A stretch of DNA of 64,000 nucleotides from Lingula anatina. Its lineage: Eukaryota > Animalia > Brachiopoda. Location: positions 11,094,587-11,158,586 of the forward strand of contig CM120648.1 in NCBI GenBank assembly GCA_051362555.1, written 5' to 3'. A program made the translations under genes and the position numbers. Below, in pieces: positions 1 to 14,442 of this stretch (position 1 is its first letter; each line of letters begins with the position of its first letter). Below the pieces are notes generated by a model. It had not been told where the DNA came from, did no database searches, and saw only the letters and a list, made by a program, of their open reading frames with translations.

Positions 1-54
1 AAGAGGCTGTCAAAATGTCATCTTCGTCATGGCATTTGTCACTGATTAGTGCTT

Positions 55-975
55 ACCCCGGTGTAACGTTGAAAACAGGTTGATACGTTGATTTGCCGTT
101 GATCTACCTAAATTCAACGTAAAATCAACGTTGATCCAGCCACGTCAAAACACCGTCATAATGTGACGTTGACTCAACGTTGTATTTTGGTCATTGACAC
201 AACCTTGCAGACATGGATTGTAATTTAAAATATTAATAATTGAAAACGTGATACTTTGTTTATCAATATTGTAACTAACTTTATCAAAATAATAAAAAAG
301 TGTTTTAAAGTAAAAGTGACAATTGTTTTGTGTCTTTAGTGAACTAATGAATTTTCTTAACATGTTATTCAGAAATACATTCCAATAAACTTCCTTGCAA
401 GGTCAGCTAACATTAGGATGAATAAGTTGCTGTAAATGTGATGGAGTGAAGTCAATAAAGTTGACAGTTCTCTCTCTATATATAAGACAATGACTATATA
501 TATTGATCTAAACCTTGGAAATTCTATCTTAAAGGCCATACATATATCATCATCATCATTCCTCTTCGTCCCGTGTGGGACATAAGGCCACCCGTACATA
601 TATACATGTACCCTACATATATTTAGCCATCAAACATGTCCTACTGCTAAACACATCCAGGCTAAAAGGGTGTACCATGCTTAGGTGCAAAACATGCTTA
701 AGAGCTAAATGCGTTGAAAAGATCAGACAAAGCAGGCACTTGGATGTTTTTACAGTGTACGTTATAATTGTGTACCTGTGTTTTGTACCAAAAATAAAAA
801 CATTTCAGGTCATTTTAATGTCTTTTCATGCAAGAATGTTGTCTAACAACGGGGGTTGATACAATGTTGTTATCTGACTTTGAGTCAACCTTCAAATCCA
901 ATGTTTATCCAACGTATTATCAACGTTATGGTTCAACGTTGTTTCAACGTTAAAACAACATAATTTGCCCGCTGT
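55..975. repeat. Old non-autonomous DNA element rich in TCAACGTTGA palindromes, with nested fragments
   Basis: Clusters of tcaacgtt(g) at 65-185 and 890-955. Internal RTE-like tail (catcatcatcattcctcttcgtcccgtgtgggacataaggcc, about 548-590) and a CACTG-type fragment. Confidence 0.45.
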
Positions 976-1062
976 TAGACCGAATGTGTTTTGCAGTATA
1001 ACCCTAAAAATGTAGGGTGTGTTTGTTTAACTTTTAGGTGCTAAGGGTTTCAACTGTTTTAG

Positions 1063-1104
<42 letters not shown>
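1063..1104. repeat. (CA)n microsatellite (others at about 20958-20988, 56455-56502, 58437-58477)
   Basis: Direct read. Confidence 0.95.
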
Positions 1105-1106
<2 letters not shown>

Positions 1107-1247
1107 AGTCAAGGTCACCTTTAACTGCTATATTTATCTCTTCTTAAAACAGTATACCGTGAACTGTCAACATTGTTAACTTCACAACATCACATTTACA
1201 ACTGGACTTATTCATCCTTGTGTTAGCTGACCTTGCGAGGAAGTTAA

Positions 1248-1864
1248 AGCAATAATAACTCTTCCTTTGAGATTCAAAAATCCGCATGAAATACATTGTA
1301 AACAACGCATGGAAATATATTCTATTGTATTTTACCACTAAAACGGCCGTTATTGTAGGAAAACTAAAATCTGTGCTTGTCAATAGGGCTTTCGATCCCT
1401 TTTTTCCGGTCGATAAGTGCATTCGTTGCTAATGACGTAATGGTGTCACGCGGATTCTCGCGTTCATTCGAGACCAAAATAACATGGCGGGAAACCCTCA
1501 GACGTAAGTTGCGAGTTTTTGTACAGTGCGTCGGATAACGAAAAGCCCAAAACGGCACACATTGTGGATATAAATGCATTTTTAACAAAAAGACGAATAT
1601 ATCTCATGAATCTTATAAAGTGTTGTTGTTGTCTGCTTTTCCCGCGGTTTTAAGTAGGTCACCAGTGACTTTGCAATGTCAGAGAAAGCTCCGTCAGTTA
1701 AAATCTCTTAAGAGATATTAACAAAAAACCGTACGTTTAGGAAAAAAACCTTGGATTAACTTTGAATGCAGGAATGGGGTCGTTGGCCGTTGGTAAGTAC
1801 GGGAAAATCGCCGTTTTTTCCAGGAAAATCCAATTTTTGGCCAAAACGAAGAGTTATTGTGACT
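1248..1864. mobile_element. Kolobok-like non-autonomous element (TTAA TSD)
   Basis: TTAA|AGCAATAATAACTCTTC ... GAAGAGTTATTGTGACT|TTAA. The 3' 170 bp match the element at 61348-61696. Confidence 0.7.
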
Positions 1865-2731
1865 TTAATTTAAATGTTTTTTAATTTTGTTGTAACGGTC
1901 TTCGAATCTTTCTACAAATTATAACGTTACTATAATCTTTTTTGTTAGCTGGGACATCATTTTGCATGGAGTTAAAAACACCCATAACGTTACAATTACC
2001 AGCATGTAACCATCTGATAACGTCGTGAAAACGTTATTTGTTATTTGGATCATTACTGAAAAGTACATACTAGTATGAACCGGTGGAGCGTGGATTGCCG
2101 GTAACACATATAAACCACTTCCACTACATTCTTATAGGACTCAAATAAAGTCGACATGCCAAAGGATAAACTGAACAAATCACTCGATCAGCAATAAAAG
2201 AGCTTTAGACTGCTCCTTTCTTTAAATTTTGGTCAGAAATTTAACCTACTTATGTGACCTACTTTTCTGTCCCATGTATATACAGGATAGTAAGCTAGCA
2301 GAAAAATCCATTCAAATGTCATTTTTCGGGTAATATTAAACAATGTCTTTTGTAATTCTCTTAATTATACTGTTTGAAACTATATGCTGGCATTTGGTTG
2401 CTTTTTTGTGGCAAAAAATCGACTTTGTATACATCTTTAATAGGCCTATTTTAAATGAGCACACGTTACTGCAAGGAAGGACACAAAGCGTTCGAGCAGG
2501 CTGCTCCACACATTTGCAAGGGGGAGTGTTAAGCCAAATTGTTGAGCCTTGTAATTAACTTGTTATGGGACCGGTGAAATTAATCACATAGCTAAAAGTG
2601 CGACACTTCTAAGCATGGTAAACACTTTCTTCTGTGAAAAGCTTGAAAAGCAAAACGTGTTGTTCAGCAACTTCACGCATCGAGGAGTTCCACACAAGGA
2701 GTCAACACAGCAGCGCGTAACCCGGGGTTAA

Positions 2732-4251
2732 GGGGTCAAGGATATTAAAAATACGTCTTGAACTCGATTTTTAGTTTTTTATACGTTAGAAATAATCAAT
2801 ATTGTATCTAATACTCAATTAAGTTATATTTTTGCAACACGGACTAAAAATATACATTTGGACGAGTTTTTCTACCTGTCCGTGGCAGCCTTTAGGCTCG
2901 GCCTCCGTTGTCAAGCACCGTTACTATGGGGGGCGGGGCAAGAATGGTTGTCTAACTTGTCTTCAGCTGTTACGCGTGCACTGGCAGCTCATAAATCTTA
3001 CGTCAGCTAAACTGAGATTATATTGTTTCCATTTTTTTACATTGTTAACAATATATTAAATTTTTTCCCTCAGCGTCTCAATCACGTCACGTCAAGATCA
3101 CACTTGAGCTGCTGAGAATTCGTACAACGTCTGGGGTTGTCAGAAAAAAATCGTTAGGCAATCATTTTATTCACAATAAAGATCGTAACAGCAAGCAAGT
3201 TTATAAATTATATTGCCACCCAAAACATTTTCAAACTCGCCTATTACGGTCTCGGCACTCTGTGGCATCGTGGCTGATACGTACCCACATTCGGCCGTTT
3301 CTCGGAGTAATTCATTTTTTGCTTTCTCCATTTTCGCGTCTTGGTGTGTAGAGCGGCGTCCACGCACAACGGGTGGCATTGTCCTCTGCTTGCACCTCAA
3401 GTAATTTTCTTTTTGTTTGTTAGCGCTTCCTTAGACACTTCCTAGACAGTGCACAGACTCCTACTGCGTCAGGCACAATTATGATTAACTACGTCAGTGA
3501 AACGAGAGTAGGAAGGCCTACTCAGCTGTCAATCATTTCTCAGGGAAGAGCGGCTTTCGTGGTGCGAATAAGTTTGCGTACAAAAGTAAGATTTTCTGAC
3601 ATTTAGATAGAAACAAACAACCCAATTTTAACACGTAATGGTGTATAGACCTTCCCGATCAATAAGATGATAACAGGTAAGGTGGAGGTACAATTAGTTT
3701 GCTAAATTAGCCCAATTACCTGAGCCAAGTGGTTAATGAGCGATTTCTCAGCTTTGAAGATTGATAACATAGTCTAAACTTCAATCCCCATATCTCATTC
3801 TTTAACTGGCAGATTGACATGAAATTTGTTGTGTCTGTGTTTCAGTATAATATCTAGTCGACTGCGTCTTGGGTTCTTGATTGACTTTTTATTTTTGAAG
3901 TTATTAATACTGAAAGTGGATGGTCCATATATATTTCGTAAAATTCACGTTTTATCAAAATAAAATCAAACGTAAAAATGATAAGAGAAAATCCTGACAG
4001 AGTTTACTGGTTTATGTGCTAACCTTTAGATAGCTATTTCAATCGTATTTATAGGGCTTTTTGTTTAAGAGAAAATCTTGATTAAAAAAATGACAATTTT
4101 AGCCCCAAAACGCTGATATTACGTCACTCGTGTTACACTGTGACTACAAACTTTGGAAAATTGTTTTGCTTGCTAGACCATATCCTTTAATTAATAGGAA
4201 ATTTAATAAGCTGCATTAGTTTTGGACTTTTTCGTTAATATCCTAGACCCC
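2732..4251. mobile_element. Kolobok-like non-autonomous element (TTAA TSD), second family
   Basis: TTAA|GGGGTCAAGGATATTAA ... TTAATATCCTAGACCCC|TTAA: 17-bp TIR with one mismatch, purine-purine start. Confidence 0.75.
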
Positions 4252-6976
4252 TTAATTAGAGGTTATTGGCTGTCCACTTATGATCGGTATTGTTCGCCTT
4301 GATTGCAGCACACTTCCTACTCACTATTGGTTCGCCCGCCTCTTCTTTAAATGCTCTCTCAAACCTTTCCTCAGTCAGCCGAGAATGGAAACACGTTTAT
4401 CTGCCGATAAACTACGTCGTTGATGTATTATTCGGCATCATTCTACAGTGGGTCATAAGGCTCTATCTATGATTTTTTTCGTCTCGCATTTTACCAGATT
4501 AAGGCGACGCCAGAAAACTAAATTTAATGAATAATTTTCTCACGTGCACGTATCCAGCTTATTTTACGACAATAACTACCACGGCACCTCCGCCATTTGC
4601 AATTGTAGACGAACCACGTGTTTCCAACTGATAGGCCAATACAACTATACCAGACCCATTGCACGAGAAAAGACCGTTTATATTTAATGAATTTAAAAAA
4701 CATTTGAGGATCGCGATTTTCTATTGATATACTACCGATGGTATCCCTGTATTAAATCATCCACTGCTACCTGCTACAGGCCTACACTCTGATATTAACC
4801 CTAATGCCGTTTCTTGTCATTCATTCTAGAACTCTCTGAGCCATCGAAAAGTTATTTGCCAGGACATTAATAGGCTACTTCTTAACGGATTGTTTTTATT
4901 TTCACTGAGTCAAAAACTGTTCGAGGACGTCTCTGTCGTTATCGCCGTTTCTCGGACGTCATTTATACGGCGTTGAACGGCAGTCCCAGACAAAGGATCG
5001 GAAAGTTTCCAAATAGAAGAACAACGTTATTGTTCCTAAGTAAAGAGAGGCGATAATGATCTGTTCTTTTCCTCTAGCTTAGTCTGTCGACAAAAATGAA
5101 CAAGGTTAGGCCTACAATGCAACCACCAATTATTACGACCATTATTGAGGTTCTTTGCTACACTCCCTTTCTTCATGATCGCGAAACCCGTGGAGTGCTG
5201 TGTTTTAAATATATAAAATTGGTCTCGCGAGGTGAAGCTATAATGATGAACTAAAAAAATACGATGAATATCTAATAAACCATGAAGCACGTAGCCTAGG
5301 CCTCTTCTTTGACCGACATCACATTTTTACATTCTTTGTTTTACTGAGAGGACGAACATAGTCTAATTTGCCGTTTGGTGGTGATTTTGCTCGAAGTAGC
5401 GGTGTCAAGTAAATCGGTGATTTACCGTTGGTAAGAGTAGCAATCATCGCTCCTGCGTCCTCAAAGATTACTTTCTAATCCCCCGTAATTAACGCAGTCA
5501 GGAATAAGCGCTGAAATAGGGGGTATTATATCAGGAATTAATTTTTGTAATTATGTATCCGTAAAATAAGAATCGTTACAGTATCACGTATTTTTCCAGA
5601 TGGAAAATATCATAATTTATGCACACTGATCGAATTATAAAGAGAATCTCCAGATGTAAACAAAGGTCAGTCAAGTATCACTCATCCCAGGCTGCAGGGC
5701 AGATATGGAGAATTGAATGAAGCGCGAGTGATCTGGCAACCCTACAATTTTGTCATAATGATTCATTGGCAAACAATATAGAAGCAGGAAATTAACATCT
5801 TTTACAGTGTAAAGAACGACACCTTATGAGGCTTTTGTTTCTTCCCCTTGGTGGTTATTACAAAGCAAGTATGTTGACGTAAGTGTTATCTGCTTCCTGG
5901 TGAAGACTTTTGCGTGTTCAAAGGAACAATGGAAATGTCTATGGGCGGCCAAAAGGGCAAAAATTCATGTCGTCGATTCAGTTATGTTTCGTCGATTCAC
6001 TGCCTTCCCATCGATTCAGTTTCAAGTTTAAACGATCCTGTCATAAATTCAACATCTACTTTCGTCAATTCAACTGTCAAACATTTCTCATCTACGGTGT
6101 ATTAAAACCAATGCTGTCACTATTTTCGTCGATCGTGTAACTACTGAGTATGCAACGACGTTAACCGTTGTTCCACTAATTCTATTATTCTCTCACGCTG
6201 ATATCGACAGCTCTGTATTGCTGCGCATGCCGAAGCTTTGCGGAAATTGCCGAAGGTTAGGAAAAATCTTCAAAATATACTTTTATTACTTTTAATCAAA
6301 TCCAGACTATCTCTCACTGCCCTGAGGTATGGCTAAAACCTTTCAGTTGTCATCAGACTTTGTAATTTGGGAGAAAAAAGTGAAACAGGAACTTCTGGTG
6401 ATGAATAATAGGTTATAGTGCTGCAAGGTTTTGTTTTCTATCCCTGATGTACGTGTAGCTTTTTCTACAGTTTCTATAACTCTCTTAACGTATGAAAATA
6501 TGCAGGTTTTCTGATATAATAAGACTTTGATAAAATCAAAACCAATAATACTTTTAAAGTCGAGAGTCGGGATAAATAGGTGGAGATGTGTCCCGCCGGC
6601 GCTTCCGCAACAGCAAGACTGAAGGACGCAAGTTACAAAGCAAAACATGTTTAGTCGAGTTAAAGACTAAATTACCGGCTTAACAGCGGCGACAGTGACT
6701 CCCGCTGTGAGCGACTTGCGCTGTCTATCGTAATCCCCCTATCATTAACACTGTCGAGGGCTTGCGCACTAGCTGTAGTGCGTGGGCTGTTAAAGTGACC
6801 GGGGACTTAATAGCTACACGGTATGTCTTTAAATGCTAAACACTGTTTTTACAGTGTAGGGTAGAAAAACACGCGCGTGCACACTCATGGATTAGAGTTT
6901 TCGTTGAGGATTAATAGAAAACCATTCATTTCACACAATGTTAGGACATACATCGTCAGCTGGAGATGGTCAAGCG

Positions 6977-8038
6977 ATGGACAGATGGACACTAAACGGA
7001 CACTTTTACTTCCACATCCTCCTGGCATTTGCTATACTCGGCTACCAACCAGTATCTTGCATTAAATTTGTTGTGCCACAAGAAGGATCTACCTATCCAA
7101 ATGAGGTAACTGTAACTGAAAAGATCAAGGTACCAGATTATAAGTGGGCTAATATTCGCTTCACTAAATTTGACCTAGAACTTTCAGGAGGATGCGACAA
7201 AGATTACGTGGTGATTATTTCTCGTCCAGGCCCTAGATACTACCAAGATAAAGATGTACAAACGTTATGGGGAGCAGTGTGTGGCTCATATACTTTTTCC
7301 GAACCTAGTATTCTAAATGTTCAACTGTGCTTTAAAGGTTCAGTTGAGGTTATATTTAGTAGCGATCTAGATGTCAGTGCCACAGGGTTGAAGGCTGATA
7401 TAGATGTGGTGGAAGATTGTGAAGATCGCAAATTGCCGTGCACACATGTGGTTACATCTCCGTATGAAGGTTGGTTCAGAATCAACCGCGGTAATTTGAC
7501 GGCAGGCTGTAAGTTTTATTTGACCGCTCCTGCTGATTACATCTTGCAAATAACACTTGCAAAAGACCTTAATGTCCTTTGCGGAACTCTTACTTTTTAT
7601 GACGTGACAGAATACAGTGAGGTGAAATTGCATACCCATAACATGAATAGTTCTAAGCAATTTACATCCCTTCGTGGAAATTACGACCAAATGAGCATCG
7701 AATGGTCACCGTGTGACGGCGCAGTGCAATACGACGTATGTGCTGAGTACAAAGCTGTTTCCCGCAAAACGGTGGAACCGTTTTCATGCCACCCGGGATA
7801 CACCCTTTTTGAGGGGAACTGTTATCTGTTAAGGCATTATGAAGAATCAGTCACGTGGACCAAAGCTGAGACCGAGTGTGAGAGAGATTCAGGACATCTA
7901 GTTAGCATACAAACACGCCGTGAAGCTCGCTTTCTGGGTAGAATTCTGAATAGCTTTGAAAAGTTATATAGATGGGGTTCATGTTCTCCTTTCTACCATA
8001 GCAGCGCAATCTATATAGGACTTAAATCTACAGACCAG
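6977..8038 (+). CDS. GRL101-like GPCR, coding exon 1: signal peptide, CUB, degenerate second CUB, first half of C-type lectin domain 1
   Basis: ORF 6938..8059 with ATGs at 6938 and 6977. Hydrophobic leader FYFHILLAFAILGYQPVSC. CUB motifs YPN...IRFTKFDLE...CDKDYV...CG...VIFSSD...G. CTLD start CHPGYTLFEGNCY...TWTKAETEC...HLVSI...IYIGL. Strong donor CAG|GTAAGT at 8038/8039, phase 0. Confidence 0.85.
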
Positions 8039-8488
8039 GTAAGTTTTTCAGATTTTTAACTTTTGAACACCAATCTTTTAAAAGATACACATAGTTTACC
8101 ATAAGGGCTCGAACTTTTCAATGGAATAAGTTGTGAAGTTTACGAACACCGTATTTGTAAACTCATATTCCTTGAATTAGATAGAACATTCCTATTGACT
8201 GGTAGCAAAAATAATAATAATAATAATAATTATACATAAAATAAAATAAGAATGAAAAGCAGACTAAATTACAGTTCCTTTCTGTGTATACAGTAAAAAC
8301 TACACACTTTCAATGATTCCAAAATTATTTTACTGGAAGATTGATTAAATTTTCCACATTGAAAAGATCGAGTCATTAACGTCCATCTGTATTGTGTGTT
8401 TGTGTGAGTGTGGTCCTTCCATGTGATGGTTGCATCACATCTCTCCTCTCTTCATTTCCCAATGAATTATATCCAATTCATCTTACAG

Positions 8489-10569
8489 CACTACAACTGG
8501 ACGGATGGGGGAGCGTTTGTATACAGTGAATGGTACGGCCCAAAAATGTATGGATTCAATTCAATTAAGATTCCTTTTTTACTGGAAATAATTGTCACGA
8601 AAGATATTCTGCAGCCGGTCCAAGGCGATGAGCGCGACTGTGTCATTATGATGGCATTTCTAAAATCTCCATCTCACGGGAAACCACGCTGGGGGAACTG
8701 GGCCAAAGTCCCGTGTCACCAACCAATCTGCTGTATGACCGCCATCTGTAAAAAGCCTGCAGCCTCAGTATCAAAAAAGAAGTCAACTATAGCCGCTTCC
8801 AAATCATCGCTAATGGATTCTACAGCATCCCAGTGGTATACGCTCCATGAAACCTACTGTCCAGAGGGTTGGGTGTATATAGCGGGGCGTTGTGTGCTTT
8901 TATACACTCTTGCCCAAATTGAAGCCGTAGAACATGTTGGGCACAGAACGAAGTATGTGCCCCATTATCACCCACAATATTGGTCCTTACCGTCAGGCAC
9001 TAACCTCACCTATAGCGCAGCTGTGGAGGCATGTAGGTCCCTGGGTGGAGATTTAGCCCCCTTTAACAGCACTTTACACAAGGACCGAGATATTCTTCAG
9101 TACATCAGTATTTGGGGCAAAGAACTCACTTGGATATCTCCGACAAGTTTGGATAAAAATAAATCAAGACCACTCTCAAATATCTTAGCTGTGTGGGTGA
9201 AGTCCCCAGAAAACATATGCAGAAGGCTTATGTATGCTCACCATTTGTTCATAGATGACATGGAAGGACTATGCCCACGCGTTGACCACCGTGAGTCGCT
9301 CTTGGCTCTTTGTGAGATAGGTTCGAAACGCAACATTTTCAACTGTTCACAACACAAGTTTAGATGTCAAGATGGCAGCTGTATATCTAGTGTTAATGTT
9401 TGTGATGGGATCGCGGACTGCGCTGAAGTAGAAGATGAGAAGAATTGTACGTGTGGACAACACACTTTCAGTTGTTCCGATGGCACATGTATCCCAATTA
9501 GTAAAGTATGTAATCACGTCAACGACTGCCTTAATGGAACTGATGACGAGAATTTTTGTGTCTATCCGCCGTGTAAAACAGGGCAGTACAGATGCCAGAA
9601 TGGGGAATGTATCAACGAGAAAGACAAGTGCAACTTCTTTAAAGACTGCTCAGACGGATCTGACGAAATTCCCAAAATTCTGTGCCCCTGTGAAAAGTGT
9701 TACTCTGGCAAATGTTTAGCTCCTCAAAATGTGGACGATCGCCATCCGGATTGCTTTGGGGTGACACAAGAGGATGAGTCACTTTCAATGATTCCACTAA
9801 ATATGTACATATTATCAAAGTGCCCAATTTCTCTTATTAAAGACTGGTCACGCTCTTTATCTCTGCCTTATTGTTCGAATGCTAATGAAATAAGATGCGC
9901 ACCCGAACACGTTCGGTGTATTGATCGCCATCTGGCATGTGTTCACGACAAAATCAAGCACGAACGATTTCAAACATGCAGAGGATTTGAACATTTACAA
10001 AACTGCGCCAGCTTTCAGTGTCCACACATGTACAAGTGCCCTGACTCGTATTGTGTCCCACTGCGGCAAGTGTGCGACGGGGAGAAAGACTGTCCACGAG
10101 GAGAGGACGAGACTGGTTGTGCTAATTACACATGTCCCGGTGGTTTCAGGTGTAAAGGAGAACGGCAATGTCTGCATCAGAGTGAGGTATGTAATGGTGT
10201 GGTCAACTGCAAATTTTCTGATGACGACGAAAGGTTCTGTGACATAAAGACATGCCCCATGAACTGTGTCTGTAGTGGGTATTACGTAGACTGCACGGGA
10301 GGAAATGCATCTAAGGTGCCCAATATTTCGCCATTCACCAGAGGCCTTGCTTTTGGGGACAACAAACTTCATTTAACAAACGTAACGTTTGCAAGATATA
10401 ATTTGCTTGTAAAACTTAATGTCAGTTCAAATGAAATCGATATCATTCCTATCATGGCATTAATTCATTTAAGTAACTTGATAGAGTTGGACCTACGGAG
10501 AAACAAATTGTCCTCTCTGCAAGCAAGTGCCTTCAATGGTTTGTTTAATTTGAAAACCTTGTTGCTAAG
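8489..10569 (+). CDS. GRL101-like GPCR, exon 2, 5' part: rest of CTLD1, CTLD2, about 7 LDL-receptor class A repeats, LRRNT and first LRRs
   Basis: Acceptor tcttacAG|CAC at 8488/8489 is in frame and gives ...IYIGLKSTDQ|HYNWTDG... (continuous CTLD). CPEGW...A.EAC..LGGDLA marks a second CTLD. LDLa repeats such as CDGIADCAEVEDE, DCSDGSDE, CDGEKDCPRGEDE. LRRNT CPMNCVC. LRRs LIELDLRRNKL and LKTLLLS. Interrupted at 10569 by a TIR element. Confidence 0.9.
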
Positions 10570-13500
10570 TAGTCGAGTCGCCACTCCCATAGGCCCAATA
10601 GTCGAACCCTGCAATGTTCTTTCCTGTAAACTTTTTTTGCTGAAATGCATTCTTAAGGCCGAGAGAAGCAAAATTAGCTTCGTTGCTATTTCCGAGACCT
10701 TGAGCATTTTTCAATATGGCCGTCAATTTATGACGAAAAATAGAAAAACGACCAGAAGTCGCCGGGTAAACTTTATTGACAGCTTTTTTGAATGTGTATC
10801 CTATCAGGAGAGCACTATAGTACTAGTGAATACGCTCAATCACATACCACTAAGCAAAAAACCAAAATGGCCGTCAAAACATAAGGCAGAAAAATATAAA
10901 AGCTGCAGAATCAGTTTGTTTTTTGCATATTTATTTTTATAAAAACCATATCCCCTTTTTATATTTATGTTAATTATAATATTTTGTTAGTCATGACCCG
11001 AAACTCTTGGAATAAGCTTATCTGACAGTTCAGTAACCCCCCAAGAGTCTGTTTGCTCCTTCTCCGGGTCCCATAGTCAAATACTTAGAATGTTATTCCC
11101 TGAATATTTTAAAAGAATTTAACACTTTGGGGGTATAAAAGCCAATTTAATTTGGGCTCTCTTGGCAATGGCTAGCTTTGGAACATTGATCAATTTTCTA
11201 AATTCAAGATGGCCATCAATAGTAAAAAATATTATAATATCATTATATTATAAATAAATAATTATGTAACATAGCAAAGAGTCGGGTTTAAAGAGCATGG
11301 TATTCCGCATTTCAAATGACCACTAAAACATGCCCAAAAAGGTAAAAAAATCAGTTAAATTACGTTTTAAACTGATAATTCGGCGTATAATATATATCAA
11401 ACCCTTTTATTTATTGACAAAGTGTACTTGAAAGGTACAGTTATACTAAGACTCTATAAAAGAGGATCATTGATAGAGCTTACCATTACGTAAGTTCTCT
11501 TTTTGATACAGGCTCAATCTGATGAAAAGTTTATCAAGGGCCAAAAGGGGGTTCTACAGGGATTTGGGCACAGGGAGTCCAAAGTCGGGACTCATATTTT
11601 CATGGAGTCCAACCAAGTCCGTTGTTGGGGACGGGAGGTGGGGAGGGGAATGTAATTTAATTTAACTTTTGTCAAAGTATTAACCTTATAATTTTTTTTC
11701 GTTTTTGTTTTGATATTGATCATACTTTAATATTTTGATTTTATATCTTTATCATAACTTTTTCAGTATGTACATAAAATGTAGCTTTAAAACTTCCCAT
11801 TCTTTTTATTGAGATTGGCACGTGTAAGAATATTCATCAGTACATAACACCATTTCTAATTTTTCTTATTACTGCACTTTTTTCACTTTACATTTTAAGG
11901 AGTCAATAAACAAAACATCTTACAAATCTTTTGGTTATATACTGACAGCCATTAAAATCTTGGAGGCCATATTTTTCAAAATAATTGTTATTTTGAAGCA
12001 CTAAACTGGATTATTTTCATATAAATCATTTGCTTAGGACATTGGTATACGGAACCAAAAATCTTAAGTTTCATGAATAGTTTCAAAACAAAAATGGTAC
12101 CAGCCCAACACAGAGTCACAACGGTCAATAGCGGGTACGATCTCCGCTTGCTTCGATGCAGGCGGAGATCTGTTGGCGCATGCTTGGGCAATCTAGATGG
12201 GATGGTGTCGTGCGGAATCCTATTTCAGCCCGGGGTAGGACATCCAACCTTTGGACTCCAGATACACTTGGATCATTTGTGCCGAATGTGAACGGGTCTT
12301 GTCCTGTTGGGAAACGGTGATATCAGTTTTCTGCTGCATGAATGAGGTCATGTGAGGTTGCAGATTCTGATCTATGTAGTGACGAGCAGTTGCTGGTATG
12401 TTGCCATCAACGACCACCATCGGTTGACCGTCAGCAAGCATCGACGCATAGTGGGGCTGCTGCTCCGGTTGTTGTTCCTGCCGGGTGCTTCTTGTGCTGT
12501 ACGACTGGCATGGCGAAATTGGTCCCGCAGCTGATGCAACCTGATGTAGCGATCCTGGCCTGGAGTTGACACTATCTCGCCAAGGCTGCGGTATATCGCT
12601 AACAGAGCCTGGCATGTTGTGGCATTCAATCAGGTTCCTGATTGTGGGGTGGGAACAGCCCATACATTATAGCTCAAATCAGACTCCCCTCACACCCAGT
12701 GCCCAGAGATGTACGTTGCTACATGATAGACATGGCATGATTCCGTTCACTGAACAAACAACATGGGTGGCCTTTTTGGGACTTTATAGGCCTCCAAAAC
12801 CAATCCTCAAAATGTGCGGATGCCCACTGAGTATTGCTCAATGTGTATTTGGTCCATTTTTGCAAAAAAAAAAAAAAGCTTACCCATGTGCAATGAACCA
12901 TGGCAATATGACAACTCATCATAATCTTAACTACCCAAGCACTAAGTCATCAATAAATCCACAATGAATAATTATATCTAAAATACAAGTAGAAAATGCA
13001 TACATTCCTTTATCAAAGCTTCCATTATCTGTAAGTATATATTGGCAAAAATAACATTTCAAATACATGATGTCGATGGGTAGCCCTCGCATATCCCCGA
13101 ACTATGTCACGTTGTCAAGAATAGCTGACCTCATGGGCCCTAACCGCTGGGTTTGTATACCCCTGCTTGGATTATTTATAATAAAATTCATTATTAAACA
13201 ACAAAAATGCCTTAGCCCATAGGTGTTAAAATATTTTAAAAGTCTACAAAAAAAGGATAAGAATAATCCATCCGAAGAAAAACGATTTGACGCCTTTTTT
13301 TATTTCAAACTGATTTAGTTCACACATACTAGAACGATAATGCCTTTTATTAAATCATCCACAATGTAATTTTTGATTTAGAATGATAAACTAGTTGTCA
13401 GGACTGAGATATCCGCAATCAATGTTTTGTTTGATCATAGAGTAGCATTGACGGACATATTGGTTTTCGTTTTTCGTATCATTTAACCTAAAAATATGTT

Positions 13501-14442
13501 TTATTGTGTGCTATGTCTTGAATGCAGGTATATCGTTTTTTACTTTATATATGTATTTATATTTGTTCCAGTTAAAGTCTATTTCAGTTAAAAGCCTTGT
13601 AGTTTTACAGTTGTTTCTTTTCCCTTCCATTATGTTTTGGTGGCCATTTTTATTAAAATAACTTGCAAAAATGAAATAAATGATCGCACTTTGCATGGAT
13701 ATAAACATAAATATGCAATGGAGTGAAGCATTAAAATTTTTATTTGAATGTATGGCTCTCGCTATTCATATAACAAATTGACGGCCATCTTAAATTTTGA
13801 AAAATTATCAATATCTCGTTTGTATCAACTGGCAAATAAAGTCAAGCTTATAAGCTTCTCTGAGTTTTGTAACCCAGATGAAATAATTTATTTTTAAAAA
13901 GCTTGCAAGATATAACATAGCAAGCTTTGACTATGGGGCTCGTCGGAGTGGAAATGGACTCTCAGGAGATGGCACCGTCTGCCACCATCTGATTAATGTC
14001 AAATAAGCACTTTCTGAGAGTTTATGATCTTGACTAACAAATTATCATAATGGACAGAAATAGAAAAGGCGGATATGTTTTTAATAAGACTAAATTTGCA
14101 AAAAAACGAACTTATTTTGAACCTTTTTTTACTTTCTGTCATATGTTTTGACGGCCATTTTGGCTTTTTTGCTATATGTAACGGGCTTAAGTGTATTCAC
14201 TAGCACTGTTGTGCTCTCCTGGCTGGATACACGTTCAAAAAAGCTGTCAATGAAGTTTACCCGGCGACTTCTGGTCGTTTTTCTATTTTTCCCCATAAAT
14301 TGACGGCCATATTGAAAAATGCTCAAGGTCTCGGAAATAGCAACCAAGCTAATTTTGCTTCTCTCAACCTAAAGAATGCATTTCAGCAAAAAAAGTTTAC
14401 AGGAAAAAACATTGCAGGGTTAGCGTTCTGGCTACTCGACTA
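10570..14442. mobile_element. Non-autonomous long-TIR DNA transposon, Academ-like, inserted in the GPCR exon
   Basis: Ends TAGTCGAGTCGCC ... GGCTACTCGACTA. AAG duplicated at 10567-10569 and 14443-14445. Inverted arms highly similar over about 10606-10930 vs 14095-14421 and traceable to about 11220/13780. Mirror ORFs share the peptide VAISETLSIFQYGRQF. TAG termini, 3-bp TSD and long TIRs fit Academ. The element itself is near certain and the superfamily less so. Confidence 0.85.
12125..12738 (-). pseudogene. Degenerate, internally deleted Tc1/mariner transposase nested in the Academ-like element
   Basis: Frameshifted pieces: MPCLS start; GSVSD.P...TPGQDRYIRL..LRD.F..A..TA...PGRNN (HTH region); YIDQNLQPH...QQDKTRSHSA (decayed QQDNARPH); C-terminus SMRQQISACIEASGDRTRY*. 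Confidence 0.8.

Noticed and set aside
3167-3400. Short ORF inside the 2732-4251 element as a host gene
   Set aside because: It lies within a TIR element and has no recognisable domain. At most a transposon ORF remnant.
8408-8488. Start of ORF 8408 as a gene start
   Set aside because: Non-ATG start in intronic sequence upstream of the acceptor at 8488.
10571-10942. C-terminal 123 aa of the 844-aa ORF and its mirror ORF 14129..14347 as real protein domains
   Set aside because: Both are translations of the two TIR arms and carry no domain signature.
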